A stretch of DNA of 64,000 nucleotides from assembly GCF_036570325.1 (NCBI RefSeq), contig NZ_DATCYK010000028.1:11526-75525 (forward strand). Reading direction: 5' to 3'. Under the pieces are notes generated by a model. It was given only the letters and a program-made list of their open reading frames with translations, did no database searches and was not told the origin of the DNA. The DNA comes from Prevotella sp. (GTDB taxonomy: Bacteria > Bacteroidota > Bacteroidia > Bacteroidales > Bacteroidaceae). Positions 9,547 to 21,022 of the stretch are shown here, one piece after another (the stretch's first letter is position 1; every line of letters begins with the position of its first letter). The translations under genes and the position numbers were made by a program.

Positions 9547-11445
9547 ATGGCTGAAGAGCTCGAAGTAAAAGAGCTGGAGCAAGTCGTAGTAAGATTCTCT
9601 GGCGATTCCGGCGATGGCATGCAGCTGGCCGGTAACATTTTCTCAACAGTTTCCGCAACCGTAGGAAACGGTATCTCCACGTTCCCCGACTACCCTGCCG
9701 ACATACGAGCCCCGCAAGGCTCGCTCACCGGCGTGTCAGGATTTCAAGTCCACATTGGGCAAGGCCGCGTCTATACGCCGGGCGACAAGTGCGATGTTTT
9801 GGTGGCCATGAACGCCGCGGCGCTCAAGACACAGTACAAACATGCCAAGCCACAGGCCACCATCATCATCGACACGGACAGCTTCGGGCCCAATGACCTG
9901 AAGAAAGCGGAGTTCCACAGCGATGATTACCTGCAGGAAATGGGAATCGATCAAGACCGTGTCGTGGCCTGCCCCATCACCTCCATGGTGAAAGATTGCC
10001 TCGCCGACAGCGGCATGGACAACAAAACCATCCTCAAAAGCCGCAACATGTTTGCCCTCGGTATCGTGTGCTGGCTGTTCAACAGAGACCTCAGTCTCGT
10101 CGAGAACTTCCTCCGCGACAAGTTCGCCAAGAAGCCACAGATAGCCGAGAACAACATTAAGGTGGTCAACGCGGGCTACGATTACGGCCACAACGTACAC
10201 GCCAGCGTGCCCGCCACCTACCGCATCGACAGCAAGACCAAGACACCCGGCCGCTACATGGATATAACCGGCAACAAAGCCACGGCCTACGGACTCATCG
10301 CGGCGGCCGAACGAGCCGGCCTCAAGCTCTTCTTGGGCTCCTACCCCATCACCCCCGCCACCGACATCCTCCACGAGTTGGCCAAGCATAAGTCGTGCGG
10401 CGTCATCACGGTACAGTGCGAAGACGAAATATCGGGCTGCGCCAGCGCCGTGGGAGCAGCCTTCGCGGGCGCCTTGGCAGCCACCTCGACCTCCGGACCG
10501 GGCATTTGCCTGAAGAGTGAGGCCATCAATCTGGCGGTCATCGATGAGCTGCCGCTCGTCATCATCGACGTTCAGCGAGGCGGACCGTCAACGGGTCTGC
10601 CCACAAAGAGCGAGCAGACCGACCTGCTTCAGGTGCTCTACGGTCGCAACGGCGAGAGCCCCATGCCCGTCATTGCCGCCACCAGCCCCACCGATTGCTT
10701 CGACGCGGCGTTCATGGCAGCCAAGATGGCCCTCGAACACCTTACGCCTGTGGTGCTCCTCACCGACGCTTTCATCGCCAACGGCTCATCGGCATGGCGT
10801 CTGCCCGACATTAATGCCCTGCCGGAGATACATCCCCACTACGTAAAAGAGGAACAGAAATACAAATACACGCCCTACCAGCGCGACCCCGAAACCCACG
10901 TGCGCTACTGGGCACGCCCCGGACAAGAGGGCTTTACCCACATTCTCGGCGGATTGGAAAAGGACGGTGAGACCGGCGCCATATCCACCGAACCCGAGAA
11001 CCACGACCGTATGGACCACCTGCGCTTTGAAAAAGTGGCCAAGATAGAGGTGCCCGACGTTGAAGTTCAGGGCGACAAGGACGACGCCGACCTGCTTATC
11101 GTGGGCTTCGGATCGACCTACGGCCATCTCTTCACGGCCATGGAAGAGCTTCGGAAGGAAGGTCACAAGGTGGCATTGGCACAGTTTAAATATGTAAACC
11201 CATTGCCCAAGAACACCGCCGACGTGCTGCTGCGCTACAAGAAGGTGGTCGTGGCCGAGCAGAATCTCGGACAATTCGCCGCCCTGCTCCGCATACGTAT
11301 CAACGAGTTTGCCCCCTATCAGTACAATCAGGTAAAGGGACAACCTTTCAACGTCAGCGAATTGGTAACCGGCTTCGAGAAGATTCTCCGTGCCAAGTGC
11401 GAGGACCACGTGGGTGGAACCTTCGAGAACCGTGTCATCTACTAA
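9547..11445 (+). CDS. korA: 2-oxoacid:ferredoxin oxidoreductase alpha subunit (fused gamma-alpha)
   Basis: FSGDSGDGMQLAG, YPITPATD, TSGPG, QRGGPSTGLPTK; promoter box TAACTTTG at about 9493-9500. Confidence 0.93.
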   Translation: MAEELEVKELEQVVVRFSGDSGDGMQLAGNIFSTVSATVGNGISTFPDYPADIRAPQGSLTGVSGFQVHIGQGRVYTPGDKCDVLVAMNAAALKTQYKHAKPQATIIIDTDSFGPNDLKKAEFHSDDYLQEMGIDQDRVVACPITSMVKDCLADSGMDNKTILKSRNMFALGIVCWLFNRDLSLVENFLRDKFAKKPQIAENNIKVVNAGYDYGHNVHASVPATYRIDSKTKTPGRYMDITGNKATAYGLIAAAERAGLKLFLGSYPITPATDILHELAKHKSCGVITVQCEDEISGCASAVGAAFAGALAATSTSGPGICLKSEAINLAVIDELPLVIIDVQRGGPSTGLPTKSEQTDLLQVLYGRNGESPMPVIAATSPTDCFDAAFMAAKMALEHLTPVVLLTDAFIANGSSAWRLPDINALPEIHPHYVKEEQKYKYTPYQRDPETHVRYWARPGQEGFTHILGGLEKDGETGAISTEPENHDRMDHLRFEKVAKIEVPDVEVQGDKDDADLLIVGFGSTYGHLFTAMEELRKEGHKVALAQFKYVNPLPKNTADVLLRYKKVVVAEQNLGQFAALLRIRINEFAPYQYNQVKGQPFNVSELVTGFEKILRAKCEDHVGGTFENRVIY

Positions 11446-11542
11446 CGCTTTTCGGTAGGCCCGGCGCCGCTTCCATGCCCCGCCCATCGGCCACCGAAGC
11501 CCTTAACCCCATCTATTCTACACATTAGAAGCGATAAAAACC

Positions 11543-12553
11543 ATGAGTGAATATACAGCACAAGATTATAAAAAAGGTCAGCCCCGCTGGTGCCCCGGCT
11601 GTGGTGACCATTTCTTCTTGGCCAGCCTGCAAAAGGCAATGGCCGAAATAGGCGTTCCACCTTATGAGACCGCCGTCATCAGTGGTATCGGTTGCTCCAG
11701 CCGATTGCCCTATTACGTCAACACTTATGCCATGCAGACCATCCACGGACGGGCCGCTGCCGTGGCCACAGGACTGAAAGTGGCCAATCCGGAGCTCACC
11801 GTGTGGCAGATAAGTGGCGACGGCGACGGCCTCGCCATTGGCGGCAACCATTTCATCCACGCCATGCGCCGCAACGTAGACATCAATATCATCTTGCTCA
11901 ACAACCGCATCTACGGTCTCACCAAAGGCCAGTACAGCCCCACGAGCCCCCGTGGCTTCGTGTCGAAGTCGAGCCCCTACGGCACCGTGGAGGACCCCTT
12001 CCGCCCCGCCGAGTTGTGTTTCGGTGCCCGCGGCCGCTTCTTCGCCCGATCGGTAGCCACCGATGGCAAGGAAACGGAGTACATCCTGCAAGCCGCCTAT
12101 CGGCATAAGGGAGCGTCGGTGTGCGAGATTCTGCAAAACTGCGTCATCTTCAACAACGGTTGTTACGATCCCATCTACAACAAGGAAGGCCGCCGCAAGA
12201 ACGCCATCTACGTGGAACATGGCAAGCCATTGGTCTTTGGTGAGAACAATGAGTACGGCCTCATGCAGGAAGGTTTCGGCCTGAAGGTGGTCAAGATAGG
12301 CGAGAACGGCGTCACCCTCGACGACATCCTCATCCACGACGCCCACTGTCAGGACGACACATTGCAGCTAAAACTCGCCATGATGGATAACGAGCACGGT
12401 TTCCCCGTGGCCTTGGGAATCATCCGCGACGTGGAAGCGCCCACCTACGACGATGCTGTCAACGCCCAGATAGAGGAGGTAAAAGCCAAGAAACCCTACC
12501 ACAATTTCATGGAACTCCTTGAGACCAACGATATTTGGGAGGTGAAAGAATAA
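11543..12553 (+). CDS. korB: 2-oxoacid:ferredoxin oxidoreductase beta subunit
   Basis: WCPGCGD, SGIGCSSR, TPP-binding GDGD..IGGNH..NN, YGLTKGQYSPT. Confidence 0.93.
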   Translation: MSEYTAQDYKKGQPRWCPGCGDHFFLASLQKAMAEIGVPPYETAVISGIGCSSRLPYYVNTYAMQTIHGRAAAVATGLKVANPELTVWQISGDGDGLAIGGNHFIHAMRRNVDINIILLNNRIYGLTKGQYSPTSPRGFVSKSSPYGTVEDPFRPAELCFGARGRFFARSVATDGKETEYILQAAYRHKGASVCEILQNCVIFNNGCYDPIYNKEGRRKNAIYVEHGKPLVFGENNEYGLMQEGFGLKVVKIGENGVTLDDILIHDAHCQDDTLQLKLAMMDNEHGFPVALGIIRDVEAPTYDDAVNAQIEEVKAKKPYHNFMELLETNDIWEVKE

Positions 12554-12560
12554 AAAGAAA

Positions 12561-12697
12561 AAGCCCTCCTAATAATAAGAAGGAGGGAAAAGGGGAAAGA
12601 AAAGAAAGCCTCCTAATGATAAGAAGGAGGCTAAAGAGTAAACCCATATCTACCAAAAGAAAGTACCGATGGCACAAAATCGTGCCATCGGTACTTT
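12561..12697. terminator. Duplicated hairpins plus bidirectional terminator between convergent korB and mutS
   Basis: cctcctaat(a/g)ataagaaggagg twice, 44 bp apart; aagtaccgatggcac-aaaatc-gtgccatcggtactt. Confidence 0.75.
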
Positions 12698-12767
12698 GTT
12701 TTTACACCTTAATTAATAGCTTTCGCCCCATGGAGCGTTAGCCTTTTAGCCGGCAAAAGCCGGCCTT

Positions 12768-12860
12768 CCGACTAATCGAACCCATCAGACCGGTCCGACG
12801 GGTTCGACCATGATAGGGGCCACCTCCCCAACCTCACAACGGCGGCTCTGCCGCCTACGC
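12768..12860. repeat. Family A array plus GGCGGC-nnn-GCCGCC hairpin
   Basis: tccgactaatcgaacccatcagaccggtccgacgggttcgacc; ggcggctctgccgcc. Confidence 0.7.
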
Positions 12861-15521
12861 TCCTCCTTTCAGTATTTTCTTGATGTCGTTGAGCTTGTTG
12901 AGGGCCTCGATGGGGGTAAGCCGGTTGACGTCGAGCTCAAGAATCTCGTCACGAATTTGGGCCAGCACGGGGTCATCGAGCTGGAAGAAGCTCAGCTCCA
13001 TGCCACTCCCATGGTCGGTTATCTTGGTAGTGTCGGGTCGTCCGGCACGTCCCACGCCGGCATTGTCGGCCTCCAGCTCACGCAGGATGATGTTCGAGCG
13101 CTTCACGATGGACCTCGGCATGCCCGCAATCTCGGCCACGTGGATACCGAAACTGTGCTCGCTGCCGCCCCGCATGAGCTTGCGAAGGAATATCACCTTG
13201 CCATCGACCTCCTTCACGCTCACGTTGTAGTTCTTGATACGCGTGAAATTCTTTTCCATTTCGTTGAGTTCATGGTAGTGGGTGGCAAAGAGCGTGCGGG
13301 CGCCGGCCCGGGGATTCTCGTGCAGATACTCCACGATGGCCCACGCTATGCTGATTCCGTCGTAGGTACTCGTGCCCCGTCCCAGCTCGTCAAAGAGCAC
13401 GAGGCTCTTCTCGGACACGTTGTTGAGGATGTTGGCGGCCTCGGTCATTTCCACCATGAACGTGGACTCGCCCAGCGAGATATTGTCGCTGGCACCCACA
13501 CGGGTAAATATCTTGTCGACCAATCCTACCCGGGCGCTCTCAGCGGGCACGAAACAACCCACTTGGGCCAGCAGGACGATGAGGGCCGTTTGGCGCAGCA
13601 AGGCTGACTTACCGGCCATGTTAGGTCCCGTTATCATCATAATCTGCTGTTTCTCGGTGTCGAGATACACGTCGTTGGGCACATAACGATCGCCCACGGG
13701 CAGTTGGGTCTCGATGACGGGATGGCGTCCTTGGCGTATGTCGAGCACCTCGCTGTCGTCGATAACGGGGCGCACGTAGCGATTTTCCTCCGAAATCTTG
13801 GCGAAAGAGAGCAGGCAGTCGAGCCTCGCCACGAGCGTGGCGTTGATTTGTATCTGCGGAATGAATTCCTGCATGGCCATCACCAGCTCATTGAAGAGCG
13901 ACGCCTCGAGGGCCAATATCTTCTCGTCGGCCCCGAGAATCTTCTCCTCGTATTCCTTCAGTTCCTGCGTGATGTAGCGCTCGGCCTGCGCCAGTGTCTG
14001 CTTGCGAATCCACTCCTCGGGCACGCGGTCCTTGAAAGCGTTGCGCACTTCCAAGTAATAGCCGAAGACGTTGTTGAACCCCACCTTCAGACTTGTTATG
14101 CCCGTACGCTCTACCTCGGCCTCTTGTATGCGGAGCAGGTAGTCCTTTCCGTGGCGACTGATGGCCCGCAGCTCGTCCAGCTCGGTACTGTAACCGTCGG
14201 CTATCACGTCACCTTTGTTGACCAACTGTGGCGGGTCGGGCTGTATTTCCTTCTCTATGCGGTCGCGGAGGCTCTCACATAGGTTGAACTGTTCGCCGAT
14301 GTGGCGCAGCGTTTCGTCCTCGGCATGAAGGCAGGCCAGCTTGATGGGCCGGATGGCACGCAGCGCCAGCTTCAACTGAACGACCTCACGGGGCGACACA
14401 CGGCCCACGGCCACCTTGGAAATGATACGCTCCAAGTCGCCCACACGGTGGAACTCCTCGTCTATGCGCTGCCTGAAATCGGGATGGCGGAAGAAATATT
14501 CCACCACGTCGAGCCTATCGTTGACGGGCTTCACGTCCTTCAGCGGGAACACAAGCCACCGCCGCAACATTCTGCCACCCATCGGCGTGGCCGTCCTGTC
14601 GATGACATTGAGCAGCGAGGCGCCATCGTCCTGCATCGTGTGGAGCAGCTCCAAGGAGCGAATGGTGAACTTGTCGAGGCGCACATATTTCTCTTCCTCA
14701 ATGCGTGAGAGCGACGTGATGTGGTTGATGTGCGTATGTTGGGTGATTTCCAGATACTGCATGATGGCGCCGCTGGCGATGATTCCACTCTTCAAATGTT
14801 CCACGCCAAAGCCCTTGAGACTCTTTGTGCCAAAATGTTTCAACAGTTTCTGCCGTGCGTTTTGGTCGGTAAATACCCACTCATCCATTTCAAACACACA
14901 GTAGCGTTGGCCGAAATTGCGCTCAAAATCCTGCTTGTGGCTGCGCTCATAGAGCACTTCCTTGGGCATGAAGTTGCCCAGCAGTTTCTCCACATAATCG
15001 TATGTGCCCTCCCCGGTGAGGAATTCGCCGGTCGAAATATCGAGGAAGCTCACGCCGCAAGCTCCCTTACCAAAGTGCACGGCGGCCAAAAAGTTGTTCT
15101 CCTTGTAATTCAATACATTATCGCTCATGGCCACTCCCGGCGTCACCAGCTCCGTAATGCCGCGCTTCACCATCTTATCCATCTCGGTCAGTCCGCGCTT
15201 TCCTTTTATCTCCTGCCGCTTTTTCTTGGGGTCCTCCAGCTGGTCGCAGATGGCCACACGCCGTCCGGCCCTGATGAGTTTGGGCAAATACGTGTCGAGC
15301 GCATGGTGGGGAAATCCCGCCATTTCGGTCTCCCCGCTCAGTCCTCCGTTATTACGTTTGGTGAGAGTGATACCCAAAATAGAGGCAGCAATGACGGCGT
15401 CGTGACCATAGGTCTCATAAAAGTCGCCACAACGAAACAGCAATACGGCGTCAGGATGTTTATCTTTCATCGAGAAAAACTGTTTCATCATGGGCGTAAG
15501 GCCCTTATCGCTTGTTGCCAT
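12855..15521 (-). CDS. mutS: DNA mismatch repair protein MutS
   Basis: [10 protein letters not shown], Walker [34 protein letters not shown]; start moved to MATSDK; promoter box at 15630-15637. Confidence 0.97.
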   Translation of the reverse strand: MATSDKGLTPMMKQFFSMKDKHPDAVLLFRCGDFYETYGHDAVIAASILGITLTKRNNGGLSGETEMAGFPHHALDTYLPKLIRAGRRVAICDQLEDPKKKRQEIKGKRGLTEMDKMVKRGITELVTPGVAMSDNVLNYKENNFLAAVHFGKGACGVSFLDISTGEFLTGEGTYDYVEKLLGNFMPKEVLYERSHKQDFERNFGQRYCVFEMDEWVFTDQNARQKLLKHFGTKSLKGFGVEHLKSGIIASGAIMQYLEITQHTHINHITSLSRIEEEKYVRLDKFTIRSLELLHTMQDDGASLLNVIDRTATPMGGRMLRRWLVFPLKDVKPVNDRLDVVEYFFRHPDFRQRIDEEFHRVGDLERIISKVAVGRVSPREVVQLKLALRAIRPIKLACLHAEDETLRHIGEQFNLCESLRDRIEKEIQPDPPQLVNKGDVIADGYSTELDELRAISRHGKDYLLRIQEAEVERTGITSLKVGFNNVFGYYLEVRNAFKDRVPEEWIRKQTLAQAERYITQELKEYEEKILGADEKILALEASLFNELVMAMQEFIPQIQINATLVARLDCLLSFAKISEENRYVRPVIDDSEVLDIRQGRHPVIETQLPVGDRYVPNDVYLDTEKQQIMMITGPNMAGKSALLRQTALIVLLAQVGCFVPAESARVGLVDKIFTRVGASDNISLGESTFMVEMTEAANILNNVSEKSLVLFDELGRGTSTYDGISIAWAIVEYLHENPRAGARTLFATHYHELNEMEKNFTRIKNYNVSVKEVDGKVIFLRKLMRGGSEHSFGIHVAEIAGMPRSIVKRSNIILRELEADNAGVGRAGRPDTTKITDHGSGMELSFFQLDDPVLAQIRDEILELDVNRLTPIEALNKLNDIKKILKGGA

Positions 15522-15816
15522 AGGATTATTTTTTAGGAAATATAGGGGTTGTGCGGAGCCTCGCAAAATCATTTTCCTCCGTCAATCCACAACCCTCCAA
15601 TGCTATGTATCTCATTCTTTGGTGAACAGCAAAATTACGTAAAATCACGTGATTGTCAAAGATTTTAAGGCTTTTTTAGATAGCAAAATCAGGATAATAG
15701 CAGCCCTATTACCTCGCTAAATCGTACCCTTTCTCCTCCCAAAAGCCCCTTTCTTCCTCTTTCTATGCCTATTTCCTTCCCTCTCTTTCTTTTTTATTGT
15801 ACCTTTGCAGCCGGCG

Positions 15817-15902
15817 TTTGACAAGTTGACGAGCTACGAGTTGACAAGTAAACAAGTTGATAGTTTTAGTTAATGAGATACAAGTTAGCGAGTAAACAAG
15901 TA
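15817..15902 (+). repeat. Family C 7-8-bp array (GTTGACGA/GTTGACAA/GTAAACAA) in the EamA 5' leader
   Basis: gtttgacaagttgacgagctacgagttgacaagtaaacaagttgatag; lies just after promoter box TACCTTTG at 15800-15807. Confidence 0.8.
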
Positions 15903-15969
15903 GCATGAAGAGGGTGCGCCGCTATCCTCATACCGGCTATGGTTGTCCTCTGACCAGTTTTCATCAGCC

Positions 15970-16010
15970 GTCGGACCGGTCCGATTGGTCAGACTTGTCC
16001 GACCGGTCCG
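15970..16010. repeat. Family A array
   Basis: gtcggaccggtccgattggtcagacttgtccgaccggtccga. Confidence 0.85.
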
Positions 16011-16158
16011 AAGACTTTTCCGGAAAATAGGAGGCCAAAAGCCCCGCTATCCCCGCAAAACCACCCCTTCATCCGCCCAACTCCTCACCTTCACAACTGC
16101 GGTTCCGGGTACGGGCCGCCACGGCCTTGCCGCCCCCACAACCCAAAAAATTATCATT

Positions 16159-17043
16159 ATGAAAACCCTTCCTGCCCACATGGCCGTACTCATGGCCAAC
16201 ATTATTTTCGGACTCGGCGTCCCGGTAACCAAACTCCTGCTCGACAAATGGGTATCGCCCATGGGCTACATGGTCACCCGCTGCATCGGCGCGGCCGCCA
16301 TTTTTTGGCTCATCTCCTTGTTCATGCCCAAGGAAAAGGTGAGCCGTCACGACCTCATCGTCATCATGTTGGGCGGCCTGCTGGGCTTCGTCGTGTCGCA
16401 AACCCTCACCGCTTGGGCCCTCACCTACACCACCCCCGTTTACTTTTCGCTCATCGCCACCCTCACCCCCGTGGCCACAATGGTGTGCGCCTCACTCATG
16501 ATAGGTGAGAAAATGACCACCCGCGGCATTATCGCCGTGCTCATCGGCATAGCCGGTGCCATGCTCATGGTGCTCATGGGATGGCAGGGCGGCCGCGGCA
16601 CCAACGACTTGCTGGGCATAGGCCTCACCATTTTGAGCCTGCTCACATGGGCCGTCTACCTCATCATCACCCGCAAGGTATCGACCCGCTACACCGCCGT
16701 GACGCAGATGAAATGGGTGTTCCTCGTTTCCACGGTGGCCGTGCTGCCCTTCTCATGGAACGATCTCCTCACGGCGCCCCTCTACTCCTCCGCCACCCAA
16801 TGGGACGGTTTGCTCGAAATGGGCTTCATCGTCATCTTCGCCACCGTGGCCGGCTATTTCGCCATCCCCTTCGCCATGCGCTATCTCGAGGCCACGACCG
16901 TCAGCATTTACACCAATCTCCAGCCCATCGTCGCCTCCCTCGTGGCCATCGCCCTCATGCAGGATGTCCTCACGTGGGACAAGCCCGTGGCCCTCATCTT
17001 GGTGCTGCTGAGCGCGTACGTGGCACAGCCTCGGCGCTCTTAG
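16159..17043 (+). CDS. EamA/DMT family transporter
   Basis: about 10 TM helices in two EamA repeats; start moved to MKTLPAH because the 72 upstream codons are repeat-derived. Confidence 0.88.
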   Translation: MKTLPAHMAVLMANIIFGLGVPVTKLLLDKWVSPMGYMVTRCIGAAAIFWLISLFMPKEKVSRHDLIVIMLGGLLGFVVSQTLTAWALTYTTPVYFSLIATLTPVATMVCASLMIGEKMTTRGIIAVLIGIAGAMLMVLMGWQGGRGTNDLLGIGLTILSLLTWAVYLIITRKVSTRYTAVTQMKWVFLVSTVAVLPFSWNDLLTAPLYSSATQWDGLLEMGFIVIFATVAGYFAIPFAMRYLEATTVSIYTNLQPIVASLVAIALMQDVLTWDKPVALILVLLSAYVAQPRRS

Positions 17044-17185
17044 TCAGACGGGTCGGGCCGGTCAGACGGGTCCGACTAGTCGGATGGCTACCGCCCATAG
17101 GGCGGCTGTGCCGCCCCTACTACTCCAAAACTAACCATTCATCCTCCCAGACCTCCCAACTTTACTACTGCGGCTATGCCGCCTA
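17042..17185. repeat. Family A array, GCGGC hairpins and family B unit between convergent genes
   Basis: agtcagacgggtcgggccggtcagacgggtccgactagtcgga; ggcggctgtgccgcc; aaccattcatcc. Confidence 0.8.
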
Positions 17186-19189
17186 CCTCACCACTGCTAC
17201 CCTGCACACCACTCCTTTCTTTCCATCGCTGGTGGCGGTAAGCACTGAATAAACCCCGGAGGGCACACGGCAGCCGCGGCTATCGAGGCCCGGCCACGTG
17301 AAGGTGCCGCCATTGCTGCGACCCTGATAGACGAGGTGGCCCGATGAGGTGACAATTTTCACGTCGGCGTCGGCCGTCAGTCCCCGCACGGTGATGGGCC
17401 CGGTGTAGTCGGGCGCTACGGGATTGGGGAAGGCATACACCGTTTCGGCCGTCATATTCTCGGCTGAGCTGGTGGCGTCGGCCCGATAAGAGCAGAGCCC
17501 TTTGTCCGTGGCGAAGTACACGTTGCCCGTGGCGCCGTCGATGGCGATGGACGTTATGTTGTCCGAAGGCAAGGGACTGTTGGCCTTGGTGAAGTGATGA
17601 ATCTCCTCGGTGTTGTCGCTTCCGATGAGATACACGCCGTTTCCGTTCGTCCCCATCCATTTTCTGTTGGCCCCATCCACAGCCATGGCCGTGATGTCGA
17701 CGCCCCCCAAGAGGTAGTCGGCCGTGGTAGTGCCGTCGTTGCGGGCCACTTTCACTTGCTCAAACATCGGGTCGCCATCGGTCAGCGGCAAGGCGGGCAG
17801 GACCAGCGGACCCACGTTGGTGCCTATCCACAGCCGTCCGTCCATGTCCTCCACGGCGCAATGGACGTAGTTCACGGCCAAGCTGTTGCCATCGGTATTG
17901 GTGAAACGGCTGACAACCCTCACCTTGTCGGCCCGCGGGTCGTAGCAGATGATGGAGGGAACGGACCAATGGTCGTTGACAAACCACAGCAACCCGCGGC
18001 TGTCGAAGAACGCGTTGCGCATGAAATATAGGCTGTGGTCGGCGTCCATCAGCTCTTGCTTGAAATGCGATACCCACTCACCCGAGGGTTTGATTTCCAT
18101 CAGGTTGCGGTTGGGCGAGTAACAATTGAGGAACCATAGGCTGCCCGTGGCGTCGAAGGTAAGGCCGGGAATGATGGTGTAGCGCTCGTTCACCAAGGTG
18201 GTGAGCAGGCTGTTGGTACTGTTGTGGGCGTGGACGACGGTGCCGTTATCAAACTCGAACAGCCCGCTCCGTGCCGCCACGAACGCCCGGCCCGGCCGAA
18301 TGGGGTCGAGGGCCAGCGACAATGCCGCTACATAAGGTATGCCCGTCTTCTCCTTTACGGCCTCGTCATAAACCGACCATGTGCCCGTGGTGACGTCCAT
18401 CACCTGCACCCGTCCCGGCGTAAGGTCGTCGGTAAGGTAATTGAAGCCCCCTGCCACGCCATAAAGACGGCCATCGGAAAATTTTATCTCATAAAAACGA
18501 TTCGACCGGGGGCCGCCGGGCTGCAATCGCTTGATGCGTTCCAAGAGGGCCTCGTCCACTGTTGCGGCGGGCTTTTGGTAGTCGCTTACCCGTTTCCATG
18601 CGCTCTTATCGTTCAAATTGGCGGTCAAGGGCGCCTCGTACAAGCCCGCTTCCTCACCGGCGGCATAGATGTTCTTATCCGTTGTGTAGCAATAGTTTAT
18701 CCTGAATCCCAGCTTGTAGGTGGCACTGATCTCGGCCTTGCGCACGTTAATCCTCAACAGTCCGAAGCCCGTACTGAGCAGCGCATGGTCGCCCGCCATG
18801 GCGATGTGGTTCACCGTTTTGTCCTCCGTGAGGGTCGCCGAGTGGTAAGCGCTGATGTTGATGACGGCCCCTTGGTCATCCATGAGGTCGATATTTTGGT
18901 TTTCATACACGATAACCAGCCGCCCGGCCGCCTTGTTGTAGCCTATATGGGCTATGCCGCTGTCGGTCAGTCCCGTGGTCTTGTCGAATGTTTGCAGGCT
19001 TTCGTCGGCCTCATTGTAGACATACAGTCCTCCCGAGGCCAGCACATACACCCGCTGATGGGCCTTGGCTATCTCCTTTACCTCGTGATACGCCTGATAC
19101 ATTTGCCACGTGCCTGTCTGTGCCCGGCCGACAGTCGCCCATCCACCGGCCCACATCATGATGGCCATAATCAATAGTCTTATCCTCAT
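17183..19189 (-). CDS. porZ: PorZ-like T9SS component (beta-propellers plus C-terminal T9SS sorting-like domain)
   Basis: signal peptide; repeated two-component-regulator propeller blades (LWIGTNVG, KWMGTNGNGVY, VYFATDKGL); C-terminal VYAFPNPV...GVY. Confidence 0.7.
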   Translation of the reverse strand: MRIRLLIMAIMMWAGGWATVGRAQTGTWQMYQAYHEVKEIAKAHQRVYVLASGGLYVYNEADESLQTFDKTTGLTDSGIAHIGYNKAAGRLVIVYENQNIDLMDDQGAVINISAYHSATLTEDKTVNHIAMAGDHALLSTGFGLLRINVRKAEISATYKLGFRINYCYTTDKNIYAAGEEAGLYEAPLTANLNDKSAWKRVSDYQKPAATVDEALLERIKRLQPGGPRSNRFYEIKFSDGRLYGVAGGFNYLTDDLTPGRVQVMDVTTGTWSVYDEAVKEKTGIPYVAALSLALDPIRPGRAFVAARSGLFEFDNGTVVHAHNSTNSLLTTLVNERYTIIPGLTFDATGSLWFLNCYSPNRNLMEIKPSGEWVSHFKQELMDADHSLYFMRNAFFDSRGLLWFVNDHWSVPSIICYDPRADKVRVVSRFTNTDGNSLAVNYVHCAVEDMDGRLWIGTNVGPLVLPALPLTDGDPMFEQVKVARNDGTTTADYLLGGVDITAMAVDGANRKWMGTNGNGVYLIGSDNTEEIHHFTKANSPLPSDNITSIAIDGATGNVYFATDKGLCSYRADATSSAENMTAETVYAFPNPVAPDYTGPITVRGLTADADVKIVTSSGHLVYQGRSNGGTFTWPGLDSRGCRVPSGVYSVLTATSDGKKGVVCRVAVVR

Positions 19190-19192
19190 TCA

Positions 19193-19465
19193 GATACGAG
19201 TTAATAAGTTGACAAGATACGAGTTGACGAGTTAACGAGTTATTTGCTTAATCAAAAAGAGTTGGGAGTTGTGGCTAATGAGGTGGTAGCGGGGCGAGGC
19301 TTTAATATCATCGGACTTGTCGGACAAGTCTGACAGGTCCGACCGGTCTGACAAATTACTCAACAATGGTGGCTCCGCCGCCACACGCTTTTAAAGGAAA
19401 CTATTCATCCTCTCAACCCCTCAACCTGACAACGGGGGCTCTTGCCCCCTTCACCTGCGGCTCCG
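19193..19465. repeat. Composite of family C, A and B units and GCGGC hairpins between rdgB and porZ
   Basis: gatacgagttaataagttgacaagatacgagttgacgag; tcggacttgtcggacaagtctgacaggtccgaccggtctgac; aactattcatcc. Confidence 0.8.
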
Positions 19466-19472
19466 CCGCCCC

Positions 19473-20078
19473 TCATCGTTGGCCCTGCCGCAAATGCTCC
19501 GCTAACTTACGGACGGCCCGGGCACGATGACTGATGGTGTTCTTGATGGCTTCACCCAATTGGGCGAAGCTCTCGTTATGGTCTTCAGGAATAAAAACGG
19601 GATCGTAACCAAAGCCCCCCTCGCCTTGCGGAGCGGTGCCGATACGGCCGTTGACAATGCCCTCGAACCGATATTCACGGGGCTGTGAGGGATTGGAAGC
19701 GTCGTGGCAGAGAAGCGAAATGACCGTGCGGAAACGGGCGCCGCGGTTTTCACGCCCCTCCATTTCACGCAACAGCTTGGCCATATTGGCCCTGCTGTCG
19801 TGGTCGGTGCCCTCGGCGTAGCGTGCGCTGTGCACTCCCGGGGCGCCACCAAGGGCCTCCACCTCGAGTCCGGTGTCGTCGGCGAAGCAGTCAAGGCCGT
19901 AATGGATGAACACGTATTGGGCCTTCTGCCGGGCATTTTCCTCCAAAGTATCGCCCGTTTCGGGGATGTCGACGTGGCAACCAATGTCTTTGAGCGACAC
20001 AATCTCGAACTGCGGGCCCAAGATTTGCCTTATCTCATCGAGCTTATGCGCGTTGTTGGTGGCGAAAACTATCTTCAT
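19473..20078 (-). CDS. rdgB: Non-canonical purine NTP pyrophosphatase (RdgB/HAM1)
   Basis: [37 protein letters not shown]. Confidence 0.95.
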   Translation of the reverse strand: MKIVFATNNAHKLDEIRQILGPQFEIVSLKDIGCHVDIPETGDTLEENARQKAQYVFIHYGLDCFADDTGLEVEALGGAPGVHSARYAEGTDHDSRANMAKLLREMEGRENRGARFRTVISLLCHDASNPSQPREYRFEGIVNGRIGTAPQGEGGFGYDPVFIPEDHNESFAQLGEAIKNTISHRARAVRKLAEHLRQGQR

Positions 20079-21022
20079 TTCTCGGCTAATTCTTTGATTT
20101 TCTTCTTCTTTATCTTCACTTTCATTTCGTCGAAGCCCTCACCGTACACGCCGATGACGCTGCTCTGGCTGACGAAAGCGTTGGGGTCGATCATCTTAAT
20201 GAGGCGGAATATCTCCGTGCTCTCGTGCTTCTTGGCTAATACGCACAGCACTTTGACGTCCTGACCGGTGTACCATCCGTGGCCATCGAGTATGGTTACG
20301 CCGTGATTCATCTGCGTTCCGATCTCGTCGGCTATCTCCGCGAACTTGCGAGAGAATATCATGAACTGCACCGACTCTCGGCGGGCGTTCATCACATAGT
20401 CGAGCGAGAAGTTCTCGAGCGTCATCACACACAAACCGAACATCACCTTATGGGCCCGCTCGATATAGGTTCCGAACGAGGGAATGAACATACAACTGCC
20501 GATGATACAGAAGTCGACGGCGATCAGGACGGTACCCAACGACACGTTGTGGTACTTGTTGATGGAGGCGGCGATGATGTCCGTGCCTCCCGTGGAACCA
20601 TTATGAAGGAACACCGTGGCCAAGGCCACACCCGTGATGACACATCCTATGACCATCGACATGAAGTCCTGACCCTCACCCAGCAGCTTGACGGGCAAGC
20701 CGTTGGGCTGTTTCGGAATGATGTCCTGCGCTATCATGAGCATGAAATAGAGCGTGAAAATAGCGAAGATGGTCTTCATCATGAACTTCAGACCCAATAC
20801 CTTGAGCGCCACGACGAGCAGCGCGAGGTTGATGATGATGTACGTGTTTTCTATACGAAAGCCCGTGGCATAGTAGATAATGGCCGCAAGACCGGTCACG
20901 CCGCCGGCCACTATCTGATAAGGCATTAGAAAAACGGTGAATGCCACAGTGTACATAAGCAGGCCAAGGGCTATGAACATATAGTCCTTTACCTCATTCC
21001 AAATTTGCAATTGGCGCATCAT
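20075..21022 (-). CDS. YitT family membrane protein
   Basis: [18 protein letters not shown]-terminal DPNAFV (DUF2179-like); ATGA overlaps with leuS and rdgB. Confidence 0.9.
   Translation of the reverse strand: MMRQLQIWNEVKDYMFIALGLLMYTVAFTVFLMPYQIVAGGVTGLAAIIYYATGFRIENTYIIINLALLVVALKVLGLKFMMKTIFAIFTLYFMLMIAQDIIPKQPNGLPVKLLGEGQDFMSMVIGCVITGVALATVFLHNGSTGGTDIIAASINKYHNVSLGTVLIAVDFCIIGSCMFIPSFGTYIERAHKVMFGLCVMTLENFSLDYVMNARRESVQFMIFSRKFAEIADEIGTQMNHGVTILDGHGWYTGQDVKVLCVLAKKHESTEIFRLIKMIDPNAFVSQSSVIGVYGEGFDEMKVKIKKKKIKELAEK

Noticed and set aside
15943-16158. N-terminal extensions in the ORF track (EamA; also mutS, GT9, menC, cyclophilin, DUF4294)
   Set aside because: They translate repeats or promoter DNA; downstream ATGs match the family starts
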